Shown: positions 63,311-64,000 of the stretch, in pieces | Position numbering within the stretch: the first letter of the stretch is position 1 | Layout: each line of letters opens with the position of its first letter | Origin: Camelus dromedarius | Lineage: Eukaryota | DNA: 64,000 nt | Assembly: GCF_036321535.1 (NCBI RefSeq) | Contig: NC_087437.1 | Location: 79,362,001 to 79,426,000, forward strand | Direction of reading: 5' to 3' | The notes under the pieces: generated by a model | The model's database searches: none | What the model was told of the DNA's origin: nothing | What the model saw: the letters and a program-made list of their open reading frames with translations, nothing else | Made by a program: the position numbers and the translations under genes

Positions 63311-64000
63311 GTCATATTCTGGTTTGTAATTAAATATATTATCTCCTTGACGAGGTTCTATTTTTAAAATTTTATTATTTCCTCAGGTTTTTAAAGCTTA
63401 TAGTTGAGTTCTTTCTAAAGGGATAAGGAAACAACAGCAGAAGAGACAGGCAGCTTAGCAAGGAACGTATGAAGAATTTTGTGTGGAGTTACTATATAAC
63501 TAGACGATTTGAGGATCTTCCTTCTCAAAATGTTCTGTCTAGAGTTAAAAAGTTGATTATTACTTCGAGTCAAACAGATCATTTTCTGAAATCAAACTTA
63601 CAAATTTCAAGTATCTGTAAAGTTAGTTCAAAAATATATAAAATGAATTAATTTATTTAGAGTGAATGATGAGAGCATTAGTCGCCAGGACAAAGGGTAG
63701 CAGGAAGCATTAAAAGACAAGTAAAACGTATTCAGGGCAAGAGACAATTTTTATGTACATCAATTTTCTCTGAAAGCTTGGATGTAGGAACATAAGCTAC
63801 TGTGAATTAATGAAGATGGATCCAGAGGGGCATTCATATTTCACGACTTTTTAACAATCATTTTCTGGGGAACTGAAAAGAGGCTTAGAGGCAAGGATAG
63901 GAAAATGAGACATTGGTTTATTCAGAAAAAAAGAGATGGTACTGCAAAGGATCTCGAAGTTTGACTGTAAAAATATTTAAAAGTAACCTATTGTAAACTT

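Overview
Mammalian nuclear genomic DNA. It is AT-rich, CpG-depleted and dominated by transposable elements. The 3' ends of the youngest L1s resemble camelid (Vicugna/Camelus-type) L1s as I recall them. Two Tigger MITEs look like the artiodactyl forms. No Alu, B1, BovB/Bov-tA, PRE-1, SINEC or ERE SINEs were seen, so a camelid source is likely but not proven. No protein-coding gene, RNA gene or CRISPR array can be supported. Every recognisable ORF in the track is an L1 ORF1/ORF2 remnant or its antisense shadow. The window is intergenic or lies inside a long intron. It contains about 19 kb of near-continuous nested L1 (12.4-31 kb), several ERVL/MaLR LTRs, MIR/L2 relics and hAT/Tigger DNA elements. 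I did not find a convincing novel biological system. The best leads are: (i) a unique-sequence block at 5-9 kb with CpG-retaining patches, CTCF-like motifs and well-formed but non-coding splice signals; (ii) a strong CTCF motif inside an old L1 5'UTR; (iii) two youngest-subfamily L1 insertions that lack TSDs and coincide with deletions of their host elements; (iv) all seven young L1s lying on the minus strand. Repeat subfamily names come from memory of consensus sequences and need Dfam/RepeatMasker confirmation. Boundaries of old elements are approximate.
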